A DNA stretch of 55,814 bases, counting the filler, from Circinaria calcarea (taxonomy: Eukaryota), in the NCBI GenBank assembly GCA_051942165.1. It is 6 parts of 6 records of this genome, joined end to end, with 100 filler letters (N's around TTAATTAATTAA, not from the genome) between each part and the next. Parts side by side here need not be neighbours in the genome. Positions count along the whole stretch, not along the records: positions 9,352 to 18,566 come from JAVECS010000959.1; positions 18,667 to 27,881 come from JAVECS010000960.1; 4 more parts are not named here. One strand, 5' to 3'. The notes under the pieces are model-generated. The model saw only the letters and a list, made by a program, of their open reading frames with translations. It had not been told where the DNA came from and ran no database searches. Made by a program: the position numbers and the translations under genes. Position 1 is the first letter of the stretch, and each line of letters starts with the position of its first letter. Shown here in pieces: positions 10,858 to 24,616 of this stretch.

Positions 10858-12784
10858 TGTTGCGGCTTCGAAAATTGTTTACCAGCCATTTAACGGGGAG
10901 GATCACGATATACGTCTCATGCACATTGTAGATAATACCTCGGCCTCGTAGCTTTATTACACCATTGTTAACGTTTCGCTTGATAAACCACCACCGTATT
11001 CAGCGCTTTCCTATACCTGGCAGCGACCCGTTCCGAATCGACGTGAAGATGCGGTCTCAACATCTACTGTATATCTTGACGGGAAGCCTTTGGAGATCGG
11101 AACCAACCTGGAAGATGCGCTGCGCTACCTGCGTACTTACCAGCTTGGTCTCTTGTGGATCGACGCCATCTGCATCGACCAAAGCAATTTAGATGAGCGA
11201 GGAAAACAGGTGGCACGTATGCGTGACATTTATTTGAAAGCTCAGAGGGTCTTGGTGTGGCTGGGTCCTGCGGCCAACGACAGCGACATGGCAATGGACT
11301 TGTTTGTACTATTAGCGCAGCGAGCAGAGAACCAAGGCACCGTGGCCTGGCTTGAAAGTCATGCCTTGGATCCAATGAATTTCAAGGCTTGGAAAGCACT
11401 GCAGGACCTTCTGTCAAGAAATTGGTGGAGAAGATCCTGGGCCATACAAGAATTTGCTCTCGGCCATGAAGTACATTTGGTATGCGGCGAACGGCGCCTA
11501 ACCTGCAGCCAACTGGAACGAGCAAATCGAGTACTCTTCGACGGCTGGCCAAAGATTTTTGATAAAGGAACGATGCTGAAGATTAACTTGAATGCTCGAG
11601 CACAAGACATGATGAGAAATTTGCTTGCACTCCGCCGGTACTTGCAATCTGGAAAAACTGTCTCGCTTCTTATGTGTCTCTCAGCGACTCGCGACTCGTT
11701 GGCGTCGGACCCTCGAGATCAATTGTTCGCCAAACTTGGTATGGTTGGGCCTGAGACGGCTGTAATTTGCAGACCCGATTATCACAGGTCAATTTATGAT
11801 GTCTGCACGATGTTTGTTGAATCATATATAAAAATAAGGAAAGACTTGTACGTTATTTGTCTCGCCGGCATGGCTCCTAGGCGCATTGCTTCATTCCCGT
11901 CATGGCTTCCAGACTGGCGTTCAGCAAGACCCGCTTATCCTTTTCACTGTTCCTGGACAGACAATACGCTGACTTGGCCTCGCTATGATGCAGCTAGAGG
12001 AACAGAGGCAGTGGTGGAGTTTCTGCATAACAGATCTATCCTGAAATGCCACGGTATATCATTCGACGAGATCGACGGCGTTATGTTTGACCCATGGGTA
12101 CATCAGGAGCAAGACCGGATGGGCTTGCAGTCATTATCCGACAAGTGCGCCTATCTCACCGAACAAGAATCATTTCAGGCTTTATGTCGGACGGTTACCG
12201 CTGATACTAACCGATAGATCGAGCTTTCCAAAGCACCAGATGATTTTGAGCTCCTGTTCGCGAGGGCATTTCGAGAGTGTGACGACCTGCTACAAGATAT
12301 CCAGACACGTCCTGGTGATATCGCGCCAGCTACTCGACCCGGTCCGTCCAACTTCGAGAAATGTTGGCAAGGTATGAGGGATCTGAGACTAGGTGCAATC
12401 CCCCTGCGAGACCTTGTGAAAAGCAGCCTAACACGACTTGAGGCTTGCACACCGTCATCCTCGATCCCTGCCCAAGAATTATCAAGATTTGGAGTAGTAT
12501 ATCACGCCCTGTGGCCGGCGTTTCAGCATAGCATGGGCCAAGTAATGTACGACCGACGTGTTTTCACAACAAGAAACGGCTACCTAGGTGTGGGCTCTCA
12601 AACTCTGACCCGTAATGATAAGATCTATGTGTTCTTCGGATGCAATGTTCCCCTCATATTATGGCCTCATAAGCAGCAATATGAGCTAATTGGTGAATGC
12701 TATGTCCATGGCATAATGAATGGAGAGGTTATAAATGCATTGGATTCGGGAAGAGCTCAGTCATTAAGTGTTGAGCTTTGCTAA
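10858..12784 (+). pseudogene. HET-domain (HET-6-like) heterokaryon incompatibility gene with in-frame TAG stops at 10949-10951 and 12215-12217
   Basis: One frame gives IVYQPF..IRL..YSALSYTW..LWIDAICIDQSNLDERGKQVARMRDIYLKAQRVLVWLG..WWRRSWAIQE..SDPRD..PSWLPDW..FTTRNGYLG..LIGECYVHGIMNGE. No ATG was found at the 5' end. Confidence 0.8.
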
Positions 12785-13698
12785 TATATATGATGATTAG
12801 CGTGTCTTGGTGTATTGCTGCCCGTAGACTTCTATGTAAGGGTGTATATTGCGGCTCAAAAGGAGCGTACCTTCTTATCAGAATTAGAGTAGGTAAAGGG
12901 AGCACGGGAACTTTAGACGCGAAAAGTGTTAAACAGTGGGGGGCTGGCTAAACCGATGTGCCACGGAACGGTATTACGCACGCCCAAATTGGAGGCAAAT
13001 AGAATTGGGAAAGAACTTGGCCCTCGGCGTTCAAATTTTTAAAGCGATTATTAATTTCATAGGCTCTTGTTGAATAGAGAGCCACACATACTGTATGCCG
13101 AACTCTATGCCGAACTCCTATATGCAGAAGTTCTTGCATTGCCGGTATCATCTAGTAGCGTGGGCTGCAAGAGTTTTCCACCTATATTCGCAACCTTGCG
13201 TACCATAGAAGTTTTACACACCACATCACATACATATACACTGTTGTGTTACCAATTTGATTCCTGCCCCTTAATACATTGCTTAAGTTACGCCTCATGC
13301 CAAATATTCAAATATTTTATAAAATTATATTATCCGGTAAGTCTATTGGCCCTGGCAGAAACCCCGAACTGTTGCGTTCCTTGGGGTATTAAAGTTTGGA
13401 GGGGGTTATGGTACCATAGGCACGCACCAGGCCGGGAGCCGGGGTGGGCACGGGTTCGAGTCTTCACCTTGTTGTATCTTTTTACATCGCAGCACCTTAC
13501 TCGCTATACTCGATAGCGTCCTTGCCACGGTATTACATATAATATTTGTACCAGCAAAACTCTCATGATCTTTATATTCTTGAAAATCAAAGGGGGTCCG
13601 CAGCCGTTGCTCCTGGTTAATAGAAACTCATTCTCATTTCTAATATAACTTAAGAACCAAGGTTGGATAATTCTTCCACGCCCCCCTGCTTAATCCAT

Positions 13699-14490
13699 TC
13701 ACTTTGGATTCCTCTCATCTTCCGCCGCCTCCACCACCGCCTGCACCATCTCCTCCTGTCTCGTGATAAAAACACTATGGCTCGTCTCGTAATCCTTGGT
13801 CCTTAGCACCACCCCTTCCTCCCTCACCTTCCCGACCATAATATCCTGATACACCCTCGGCACCGAGTAATCCTGCTGCGTAAATACATACGTGACCGGC
13901 ACGCGCCTCCACACGCTGCCGGCCGTCTCCGTCGTAAACGCCGACATGGGCGAGCGGACCAGATGAGGCAGCGCCTCGTCCACCAGCTCCGGATCCACGC
14001 CGCCGAAGAACAGCTGCACGGGGTCCTTGGGGAAGGTGGAGCCGTCGGCGGCGTTGTCCACGAACTGAGGCCAGAGGTGGTCCATGCCGGCTTCTTTCAC
14101 GATGCCGAAGATGGTGCTGCCGGGTGGCAGGATGTACGCGCACAGGTACAGCAGGTGGATCACCCCCCCTCCCCCCGGGGACTGACCGGAGGCCTTGCGG
14201 TCGGAGAAGGTTAGACCCTCGACAGCATCGGTGCCCACCGCCCGGCCGTAGGAGTGCAGCAGCATGACCACCCGCTCGCCTGCTTCGACGAGGGGTTTGA
14301 CGACGTCACGCACGCAGGCAACGTCTTCTGGGAAAGAGGCATTGGGGGGAGATGCGCCGTTGCAGCTGGGGAGGCGCGGGCAGTGGACCGTGAACCCCCG
14401 CGCTTTCAGGGTGTTGATATAGGTTTGGTAATTGGCCGGTGTGTGCCAGGCGCCGTGCACTAAGACTACGGTAGGTAAAGGGGTGGCCAT
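13699..14490 (-). CDS. Alpha/beta hydrolase (Abhydrolase_6/methylesterase-like), 263 aa
   Basis: Motifs VVLVHGAWH, HSYG(R), LLYLCAY, TQQDYSVP and TSHSVF. Intronless and GC-rich. Confidence 0.9.
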   Translation of the reverse strand: MATPLPTVVLVHGAWHTPANYQTYINTLKARGFTVHCPRLPSCNGASPPNASFPEDVACVRDVVKPLVEAGERVVMLLHSYGRAVGTDAVEGLTFSDRKASGQSPGGGGVIHLLYLCAYILPPGSTIFGIVKEAGMDHLWPQFVDNAADGSTFPKDPVQLFFGGVDPELVDEALPHLVRSPMSAFTTETAGSVWRRVPVTYVFTQQDYSVPRVYQDIMVGKVREEGVVLRTKDYETSHSVFITRQEEMVQAVVEAAEDERNPK

Positions 14491-16361
14491 GGTAAGCCGG
14501 AGGGGAAGATAATAAGTAGAAGAAGAAAGTTGGGTGTTTGCTGCTGGAAATCGATAGACGGTCGTCGAGTCAGCAGTATTTAAGATTGCTTAATTCTGGA
14601 CGGATATATAATAAACGGAGAGAGAGAGTGTTCGGGTATAAAAAGTGGGTCGCATACGCCTCTGGCTGAAGGAGTGGGAACTTTATGTCAATAGACCCTT
14701 CCGAGTGACAGCCCATATCCCCAATCTATACCTCAAAGCCCTTTGGCTGATAGATATATACCCTCACAACCACGTACGGCGGCTAAACGACACTCATATT
14801 TATACACTCCACCGGAAAGTCACAAGCAAGACAGGCGTATTCTATTCGACGAAAGTCACACCGAATCCTACAGAATCGACAGAACAGCCGATTTTAACGA
14901 CAAACACGTATAAGAAGGTGCAGTTCTCCGTTTCCCGTTGGGCGCTTCGCCTATCTCTCAAGCCCACAGATTGGCACGCCTTGGAGATGCTAAGGTGCGG
15001 GATGCACATTGTCGAGGACATGACGACAGCGTGGGGGGAACTCGGGGCCAGCTACCTACATCCGTACTAAAGTCGCGGGAGCAGATATTGACCCTGACCC
15101 TGAACCGGGGATGGTGCTGACCCAATCTAGCCCATATACGGAGGAGTGCAAGGCTCGTTAGCTGCAGGAACATGCGGAGGATTGACAAGGCCGCCCGGCG
15201 CATTGCTATTTGCATGGCAATGTTTCTCGGGGTGTTTAATGCCATTGCATAAAAGGAGAGCATGTATATACAGCAAGTGAAGCAATTTTTATACCATGCA
15301 TGCCCTGCAAGCCTCGCTGAAGAGAAGATGGTTTGGTGTTTGCATGCCTTGCGGGGGAATAAAACCTACGCAGCACTAGAGTACAAAGTTCTTGGTACAT
15401 AGAGAAGAACACTTATGTCCTCTTCGTTATTATATAATTGCCAGTACGACGCTCCATGCCGACCAAAGAACCTTTCTGGTTTACACCAGCATGCATCAAC
15501 AAGGAGAAAACAGAGCCCTTCGCTCCCTTACCTTCAGCCCTTCCAACTCCCTTCAACCTTCCCTATTCTCCATGAAAACACCTCTTAGTTACCGTAAAGC
15601 ACCCAAGTCCCGTGACCGTGTGTAGATAGACCGTGAATGCCGTTAGGACCGTGCTTGCACTCGCTCCGGGTCTAGCTTCCGCGTGTTGAATCTCAAAAGT
15701 ACCATAAAAGCCGGATTGATCTCTCAGCAGTCGTAGGTGGTTCTCGTCCTGCTCGTCCCTGAGGACGGGGTATAAACATCGATGAGGTTGAAAGACGGGC
15801 GAATCTTTGTATATATGTATCCAGAGAATGGCTTATATACCTCGAAGGTCGGTTTTAGGGCATTATAAGTGCCACCCCGCTGTATACGCCAGATTTCCTC
15901 TCCAACACCTCGGATAATCGTACTATATATGAGTGTTGCAACCGGATCTTTTCCCGCCGAGGGTATTCACACCGCAAGTGTTAGGAGGTGTTGAAGGCAG
16001 GTGTTGCTTTCCAGCCCTAATCCTGAGGGTATAAGTTCTTGCTCCACCTCGACCTTTACCATCCTTCCTACACATCCACAAACCACAACCGTAACTTTTC
16101 ACGAACGCACTGGATACAATTCCATTGCATTGCATCTTGCTTTCTTGATCATTCAGGATAGCATCTCTTTCTTCGCGGTGGAAAAGCTGGCTGGTTTAAG
16201 GATTCTTTCATCCGACTTCATACTTCGTACCACACTCAAGCCTTCTTCTCTTATCATAACATACCACTCCTCCTACATCGATCCAACATCAACTCACCAC
16301 CTGATCCTCAACTCATCATCGGACACTGGTTAGACCTCAAGTCTTTTCAGTCTTCGATATC

Positions 16362-18566
16362 ATGAGGTCCAAGATGATTTCCTGGCTTAGGAGCCACCTC
16401 GTCAAGGACCAAGGGCAACCGAAGGTGAGTCAGGAACCATTGATATCAGGACGCTGCTGAGCCCCAAGTAGCCCATCAATCCAGACGAAAATATCCCGAA
16501 GCTGGCACGCCTCTCCAAAGCTATAGCCAAGGCAAGCCGATTTTTACACAAGGATGCAATTGAGAATGTTGAGGTGGGTCACATAATTTTGCTCTCGCCT
16601 CTGATACACCGACCATGTACTGACATGCAACCAGGCCAATCAGCTATTGATGGCAAGAAATCTGCACCGAACTGGAGTACTTGACGGTGTTGAAGTTGAT
16701 CCTCGAAGCGAGGCACGTGACTGGGTTGGAACCCATCAAGTCAACACTTCAATTCCGGAAGAAGGTTCCATTTTGTGTCAAAAAAGCCCGCAGGCACTTA
16801 CCTCTGGCGATGGTGTGGCACGCTATGGAGATGTGAGCATACCATGGCTGTTCTGAGGTGTTATCATCTGTCCCAAGCAATCACTAACCTTTTCATAGGT
16901 ATTCAACAACCTCGCAGACAGTGACAAGGATCATGCTGCTATCATAGGATTGGAACCAAGCAGCATCGTCGATACTATATCAGCAAACGATAATGAATCC
17001 CCAGACAGCCTCAATAGCTCTGGAACGAAAACGGATTTCCCAGTTATTGCAACTCGAAATCCAAAAATACCGATTCACTTACGAGACTTGTCAAAATCAA
17101 CGGCTGAAAGCTCCTCTTACAGCCCGGTAACCCAAGGTCCGTCCTCGAGCAACTCATCCCTAGAGAGCACCACCAAGTTCAGCGCTTTTGATATCTTCGA
17201 GCCACGTGACCCGCAGACAGCCAAAGAGGGGTATGTTCGTGAACAATTGAACGAGGTAAAATCTCATACATTGGGAGAGGCGAACCATGCCCGATTTATC
17301 CCGTTTACCAATGGCGAATCCGACCAAGTATCTGTCTGCACTGTGGTTGTCAATGGGGAAGCTGGCAGAGAGCAGATTTCGGGTCTCCGTCGTCGTCAAG
17401 CCTCAAAGGATCTGCATACTTTGTTTGTGGCGAAGCTTGATCATGCAGAGGATACACCATCATCTGACAAAGATCATTTATCAGCCGTGCCTTGTATGCC
17501 GGCTCAAGAGGAGGAGACTGCCATTCCCGAGCCTAAATTCAATGCTATGCTCGAAGAGATTAAATCTGCATATGCAATGCAGATTGCAGATCTCAAAGAG
17601 GAGCACCAAGATGCATCAAGTCAGCTGATATCAAACAGCACAAGAGTGAAGACTGCCATCTCCGGCCTTAGGCAAATTAGTGGCCAAATGCAACAGCGAT
17701 TTAGGGACGAGGTAAATGCAAAGGAGATTGCAGAAAGACGGTGTCAAGAGCTCGGCGAGCAGTTGAAGTTCAAGGACTCCCAAATCGAGGGAATAACCTC
17801 TGCCCTGCAGGCTCGTCAAGTGTCTTATGACGAACTGATGAGTCGATACACTGCTGAAATCAAGGTTTCTCAAGAGAACGAGCAGACTGTTGCAGTCAAA
17901 GAACAGATGATTGCAGCTCTGAATACGGAAAATGCAGCCAAAGATCAGGAGATCGCATCTAAAGATCAAGAGATTGTGGCCAAGCAACAGGCGGTTGTCT
18001 CAAAGGATGAAAAGATTTTCGAGCTAGACATCGAAATCGACGAGCTTTCTGAACAGCTCTCTCAAAAGAAAGCCTACACTAAGTTGGAAAAGCAAGCCGA
18101 TATTATTACCGATCTCCAAAAAGAAAATCGACGACTACGAGAGGACAAGCTAAAGAGTATATTGGGTTGCAAGGCCAATGCCACTCCTAAAAACACCATC
18201 CTCGAAACAACAGTTGCCGAACGAGACCATTTGCAGAAACGCTTCGATGCAGAGCAAGTGAAGAACCACCTGCTCGGTGTAGCCGCTGCCAAAGCTCGCG
18301 ATGAGGCATTCTTCTACTCAATCAGGGCCAATGTGAATGCTCAAGCCTTTGAAGAGAATCAAAGTACGCCTTGCAGCGTAACTGACCTTCTCAAACTTAG
18401 AGAGAAGCAGATTCATGATGTAAAAGCCGATTCCGTCAGCCTGGCCGAGGCTAACATACAGCTATCGGCAGAGGTGGAAGAAACAAAGAGGAAACTCGGG
18501 GAAGCTGAGCATCAAGTTGCGACCCTAAAATGGACAGTAGACACGAACAAGAAAGAGATGGATTTC
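16362..18566 (+). CDS. Multi-exon coiled-coil protein of unknown function, truncated by gap
   Basis: Short 5' exons with GT-AG introns lead into the long ORF 16950-18566, which has extended E/K/Q-rich heptads (AAKDQEIASKDQEIVAKQQAVVSKDEKI). Confidence 0.65.
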
Positions 18567-18666
18567 NNNNNNNNNNNNNNNNNNNNNNNNNNNNNNNNNN
18601 NNNNNNNNNNTTAATTAATTAANNNNNNNNNNNNNNNNNNNNNNNNNNNNNNNNNNNNNNNNNNNN
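18567..18666. other. Artificial contig linker
   Basis: N44-TTAATTAATTAA-N44. Confidence 0.97.
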
Positions 18667-19250
18667 GGGGTGGGGTGGAGCATACGAGGAGGAGATGACT
18701 TTCGGCGTTGAGCCTGATGGTGGTGAGTTCGGCCATTCTGTACTGGCCTACGCCGCGCGTCTAGGTTATAAGATGGCCGTGTAACAAGCAGCTGGGGGGT
18801 CATCTACCAGTACGGTACGGAGGTAAATGGATACTTGGTTTTCTCGGACAATATGATCGACGATTCCGATGAGCTATGCCATGTTATGCAAAGCGGGGTC
18901 TACGATTAAGATATGCAAGTCAATGCATAGAATTTACCAGCAGAAGAAAAGACCTTTGATAACTTCCGGGGGCATGTAGACAGTATATATGAGCTTGAAG
19001 GTGACAGCCATCGACTAATGACGAGTATCCGGTGGTGCCTCTGCATTCATAATATCATAGGCAAGATTCACAAAGGTACGAGTTCTGTGTAGATTTTGAA
19101 GGATCTCTACTCTATGACTGAAGATGATGGAGCATGCACTTTAGATTTTCAAAGAGCATAAAACACCGAAAGCTTCGGTTCGAGACTTCTCGTCTCCCAA
19201 GGTAGACCTCGCCACCGATGGACTAATGCACCGAATTACACTTTCCTCAG

Positions 19251-21245
19251 CTAGACCGCTGCCTGGGGCATGATGGGTCCAAGTACCTCTGCTTCCCCAC
19301 CACCCTGGAGCCCTTTCAGCTTGTTACGACGGGATTTCGGTGGAGCTTTGCTTGACACCTTGGAGCCAGCTTTCTTTCCGCGTTTCCCGGTCTTCTTGCC
19401 TTGACTGACGGCATCCGTCTGGACCTCGTTCTCCTTCGCAGATGAGTCTCCTCCGACCGCAGCGCCCTCAGCCGCCGCCTCCTCTTCCCTTTGCCGGACT
19501 ACCTCATCCATGGCTTCTCTCTCCTTTGCTTGTTCCTCCTCCAATTGCCTCCGATCCTCCTCCAATTCTCGTTCAAGTTCAGCAGGGTCGTTGTAAACCG
19601 TATTCGACAATTTGGAAAACTCCTCCATGTCGACAGCTATGCGTTTGCCAAGGAGCGTTTGCTTGATTTTTTCTTTGTCCAGCTTCTCTTCCTTGGTGAA
19701 TTTAAGTTTTATCGCCCGTCTGGTCCTCCCCGGAAACATCATGCTAATCATGCCAAAATCAGTTCCAAACATACGTAAGCCGTCGTAAAATCTGTCGGTC
19801 AGTTCTTCGTCCCACTTCTCTTTGCTCTGCTTAGACATGTAACTATGTGCGTTGACCCTGGTGGTAAGTGCACTCTCCTCAACCACTTTTGTTGGCTCAG
19901 CCGCTCTGCGTCTTGCAGCCTCTGCGTGCCGATCAATGCGCTGAGAGCCTTCTACTAGGATGATTTCTCCATTGACAATTTGCGTTTCTGGATGAGCTTG
20001 AGCTGTTTCTGACTGCTCCCCAAGGCGTTCCAGCAGTTGAGCGGCTGTCTCGGCTTGTGTCGCCCGTTCATCCTCGGCTTCCTGCTGTCTTTCCCTTTCC
20101 CTGGCGGCTTCTTCAATTTCGAAAAGCCTTATCTCTTCCGCACGGACTGACTTTTTACCAACATGTAGATCTTTGCAAAGTTCCGACATTTTCATAGTGG
20201 CAGGGGCAATTTGAACCGTCTCGGCCTCTTCTGGAGTATGAGCTCGCGTCTTCCGTGGTCGGCCACCTTGCCTAGCGCCTTCTTTTAACTTACGCTTCGT
20301 TGACTTAGGTCTCTGGCTTCCACGGGTTGCATCTGCAACAATCGCAGCCGCAATGTTATCGATGCGCTTCTTGCCTTTGGCTTTAGCTGATAGGCGTTTT
20401 TGCTGTGGCTTTTGGCGCTGTGGTGTTGGGCCAGCTTCCGCGATGGCAGTCACTGTAGAAGCTTCGTTGTCGCCTGCTGCAGCGGCTGTTGGGTTTTCGG
20501 CAAGAGGAACAACATCTGAGCGCTGAGAATCTGGCTCTATAGGCCGAGATACGTTCAGCTTCCGTCGTTTGCTGGCAGGATGTGTATCGTGTTCGAGATC
20601 CTCTTGGCTAGACGTCTGGACAACCTTGGCAGATTGATTGGTTGAATTTGTCTGGATCGGGAGTTCATGTAATGACTCATGATGCTCTGTCTGTCTGACT
20701 TGTGGCACCGGACTTGGAATTCGAGTTGACGAGTTCGAAAACTGCCTAGTTGTAGGCACCCCTATTGCAACAGCTCCACTATCGTCTTGTGCGTAAAGTT
20801 GTGATACAGGATCGGGACGAGTACTTGGTGGAAGGCTTGAGACACTTGGTTGTACGATTATGGCTGCAGAAGAGGTCGACGTCGAAGACTGATCTGATGG
20901 TATCGATATGGGAATCGAAGACGTTTCAGATTCTTGGACAGGCGTTACGACTATGGTGGGATTGGGAGTAGAGAGCGACGAGGCCTGGATTTGAGTAGGG
21001 TCGTCAGCAGTGGCAATTGCGGGGCGTCTGATTGTAGGTGGTTGAGGTGTCTGTGTCTGCGAACGTATTTGGCGTTCGACGCTCCCTCGAGCTGAGGTAT
21101 GGCTCGAGCCTGTTGCGCCTGGACGACGAATCGGTGCTTTCGGCTTGAAGTCTTTCTTCGACTTGCCTATGCTTCACATCAGCAATTGCACACAAAGGTG
21201 CCATTGGTGATGCGTACTGAGGTATGAAGATGTGGCCGTTGCCAT
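19251..21245 (-). CDS. BDP1: TFIIIB component B'' (Bdp1); exons 21245-21218 and 21166-19251
   Basis: SANT-like domain KWDEELTDRFYDGLRMFGTDFGMISMMFPGRTRRAIKLKFTKEEK, MKMSELCKDLHVGKKS, and N-terminal KKDFKPKAP. The frame is open through 21166. Confidence 0.9.
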
Positions 21246-21531
21246 CTCGATGGATGGTTGTCGAATAGCTGGATCTCAATTAGAGCTTTAATAAGGCGTA
21301 GGGGATCGACCTTGGAGGTCAGGTGACTGAAGCGCTAAGCTAGCGCTGCCGACTAGGCGAAAGATTATCAACCTCGAATATTACACTACCCTAACAGTAT
21401 CTTCACTTTATTCCGAGATCTAGCGTAGCGGGAGTTGGCTACATATGATCGGTGACATGGGGACAGCTTCCCCGTTCTACAAGTAGTTGAGGAGCATTGT
21501 CTGAGAGGATTCCCCGAGGCTATCTGCACTC

Positions 21532-23949
21532 ATGACCATCGTCGAGGCTCGTCCAGTTCCTCTTTCTTCGTCTGATATCGTCAAGATGGAAGAGAGGAAG
21601 AGGCCCGCCTCTCACGATCACGAAGATGCTGGCCCGCCTCACAAGAGGCAAGTCACTGCTGTTAACGGTGGTTCGAAAGGTCACCAAGACAACACAGATA
21701 TGCCTGGTAAAGACGAGCTAGAGGTGAGCCTTGCCCTTTTCGGCTTCCGACCCCCCCCCTTTCACTGAACTCGCTTCTGCCGTCACATGATAGTCGCATG
21801 GCTCCTGTAGCATGCTAACTATCGCTTGATCCTCCAGCGTTTTCAGAAGGAGGCGATATGGCGCCAAATGCAGGAGTACAAACGGGAAAAGGTGACCTTG
21901 GAGACTCGACTTTCCGAGCAGACAAAACGTACCGCATATCATGATGATCATCTACGGACTATTGATGCATGGTTCAGCCAGGTAAGTCGCACTACCACCA
22001 TAGTAACGTGTCTGAATCCGTCATCTAACCGGGTAAACGTGTAGCTACTGGACGAAGTCAAAATCTTTGTGGGTAAATTCGAGGACGACTCTTGCAATTC
22101 GGTCTTCCCGTCCTCTCTATTATCTGCCGACAGCGCCACATTTGATAAGCATCTCAAGTCTAGGTCGGAGGCAATAAAATCTGTTATCTCTCATCTGTTT
22201 GCCCAGCCTAAGGCATCGGCTCCCGATGTTACGACATTGCAGGCGCGAGTCACCAAGTTACTGTCAGAGGAGAAAGGCCATCTCATCGAGCTCGAAAAAA
22301 CTCGGCTGGAGAAGGAGCAGCTAGAGGAGCGTCTAGAGAATGCCTCAATGCGGTATATGATGGCAGAGAAGAAGCTCGATCGGGCTAAGAGTCTTACCGT
22401 AGCCAAGCTGGAGAGACAGGCCACCGCTGGAGGTCGAAACGAAATGGGGAGTGGAGCTGACGGTGCTGGGTCAGGTAAACTTGAGATCACCAATGGTCAA
22501 AACGATAATGGAGAACGTTTTGCGGAAGTCGATCAGGCCCGGAAAGAAGCTGTAGCTATATCAGCTAAGCAGCAACAGCAGCTTGAAAAGTTGGGAGTGG
22601 AAAATGAGAAGCTTACTGCGCAGGTGACAGCACTTAGTATTAAGCATACTAGTCTTTCTGAGGACGACTATGCTCACACCGATCTCTTTAAACACCTCAA
22701 GTCTCAGCATGAAGACGTCATCAAGCGTATCAACGATCTCGAGGCAACCAACAACCAATTACGGGAAGAGGCTACGAAGAGTCAGGCTGAAAGGACTGCT
22801 TACCGGATACTACTCGAGGCCGAGTCACAAGCAGCCGTGAGCGAAAAAGAAGTTCAGCTAGCACAGGCCGAGAATGACCTTGCGAGGATACGAACTGCTA
22901 GAGATGAATTGTCTGCCGACCTTCAAATCAGAAAGTCGGCGCAAGACCAAGAAAGAGCTTCAGTAAAACTGACCAAGCAGTTGGCTGCTGCAGGAGAGGA
23001 TCGAATCAAAGCGCTTGAGTCCGAGGTCCAGCGGCTTCGAGCGCATGCGGGCGACCCTGAATGTCTCACGAAGCTCCCGGCGGACCTTGAACAACTCCCT
23101 ATCGAAGAGCTTCGGAGCAAGTATTCAAACATTGATAAGCAATATTCCATGCTTAACCAGGAACTTTCATCCATGGGGGCCGCATACAAACGAGCGTCAG
23201 CAGTTGCGTCACAAAAAGTTAACGAATTGTCACTTCTGGAAGAAAAGGTCATACGTCTCGGGGCGGAAAAATCCAAGGCGGATCAAAAGTACTTTGCGGC
23301 AATGAAAGCAAAAGAAGCCAGACAGAACGAAGTCAGGACTCTTCGCGCCCAAAATTCCAAAAGTTCAGATATTGTCTCCCAACTAAAAGAGGCTGAAGCT
23401 GCGACGCGTGCTTCAATCGCCAACCTTGACAAGACCGTGGCCGAATTGAAGGACGCATCGACTAGTATGACGAAGCAATGTAGACTATCACAGCAGCAGA
23501 CTACCGAGAAGGGAATCCTTGTTGAGGGCTTGAAATCACAGGTCGAGGAGCTAAAGAAATCACTCGTTACAAAAGACAACTCTTTGAGTTCGAGCTCGAG
23601 CGCATACAGGACGGCCGAGGTCGAGGTCGAGGAACTCAAGGTCAAACTGGCAGAAACCAAGAAGAGTCTCGATTCTTGGAAAGCCAAGGGTATAGGCAAC
23701 CAAACTGGGGAGTACGAGATGCTGAGAGTACGTGTTGTGACACCATCACGCCTATTCAATACTGACTGAGTATAGAACCTAGCCATATGCACCGTCTGTC
23801 GCAAAAATTTCAAGGATACTGTAGTGAAGACATGTGGTCACGTCTTTTGCAGAGATTGTGTCGAGGAACGTTTGCAATCTCGAATGCGCAAATGCCCTAA
23901 CTGCAACAAAGCATTCGGAGCCAACGATCACATGCGTATTACTCTCTAG
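21532..23949 (+). CDS. BRE1: E3 ubiquitin ligase Bre1; exons ~21532-21723, 21838-21981, 22045-23728, 23775-23949
   Basis: [25 protein letters not shown], long coiled coil, [13 protein letters not shown], and a C-terminal RING ([39 protein letters not shown]). Confidence 0.95.
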
Positions 23950-24616
23950 AAGAAGGTGAGACCCTGAGACTCCTAAGGATGCTCGTTGTATGATGAAGGA
24001 GATGTAATATCTTCCCTACCACTAATTGGCTTTATGGCTTGTGCCACGGCCTTGGTCCTTCTTGTACAGACCTTAAGCACATACAGCCTTTTAATCGTTT
24101 TCTAAAAGATGGACCTTCTTACAAAGAGAGCTCCTTACGAGCGCTGAAGTCACCCCTTTGCATGGAGAGCATAGCGAATGAGCGATTAAAGCTCATAGAT
24201 TGCTTGGATGGACTCGAGCAGCATTTGGGTAGGCCGCGGCGCTTATCTAGAGGCCATATGTAAACTAGACGGTTGAGCAGAACGAAGACTTGGTTGAACA
24301 AGAAAGCATGTGCAGCCCACCGGAAACAATTCGTGGTTTTGCAGAAACCCAATGACTGATCGAAGCCAGGATTCTTGTGATACAACTGGGCTGACAAGGA
24401 CTCACAGCATCCATAAGATTGTATGCGTGTACCCGAGGATCAGTCCGCGTGATCCGGTGACAGTAGCATACGGCAAAACTCCGTCCAACCGGATCGACTC
24501 TCTCGGAAGTCATGTCGTACTCATAGAGCGGTCCCAATATTAGGGGATGAGTGTGCCCCCTCCGGCCTTCTCGAGTTTGTATCTCCGCTCCTCTAGTGCT
24601 TGGAACCGCCTTAGTG

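Noticed and set aside
20759..21245. Apparent truncation or frameshift at the BDP1 5' end
   Set aside because: The frame is open to 21166 and joins an ATG exon through a canonical intron. The ORF track simply lacked a start codon.
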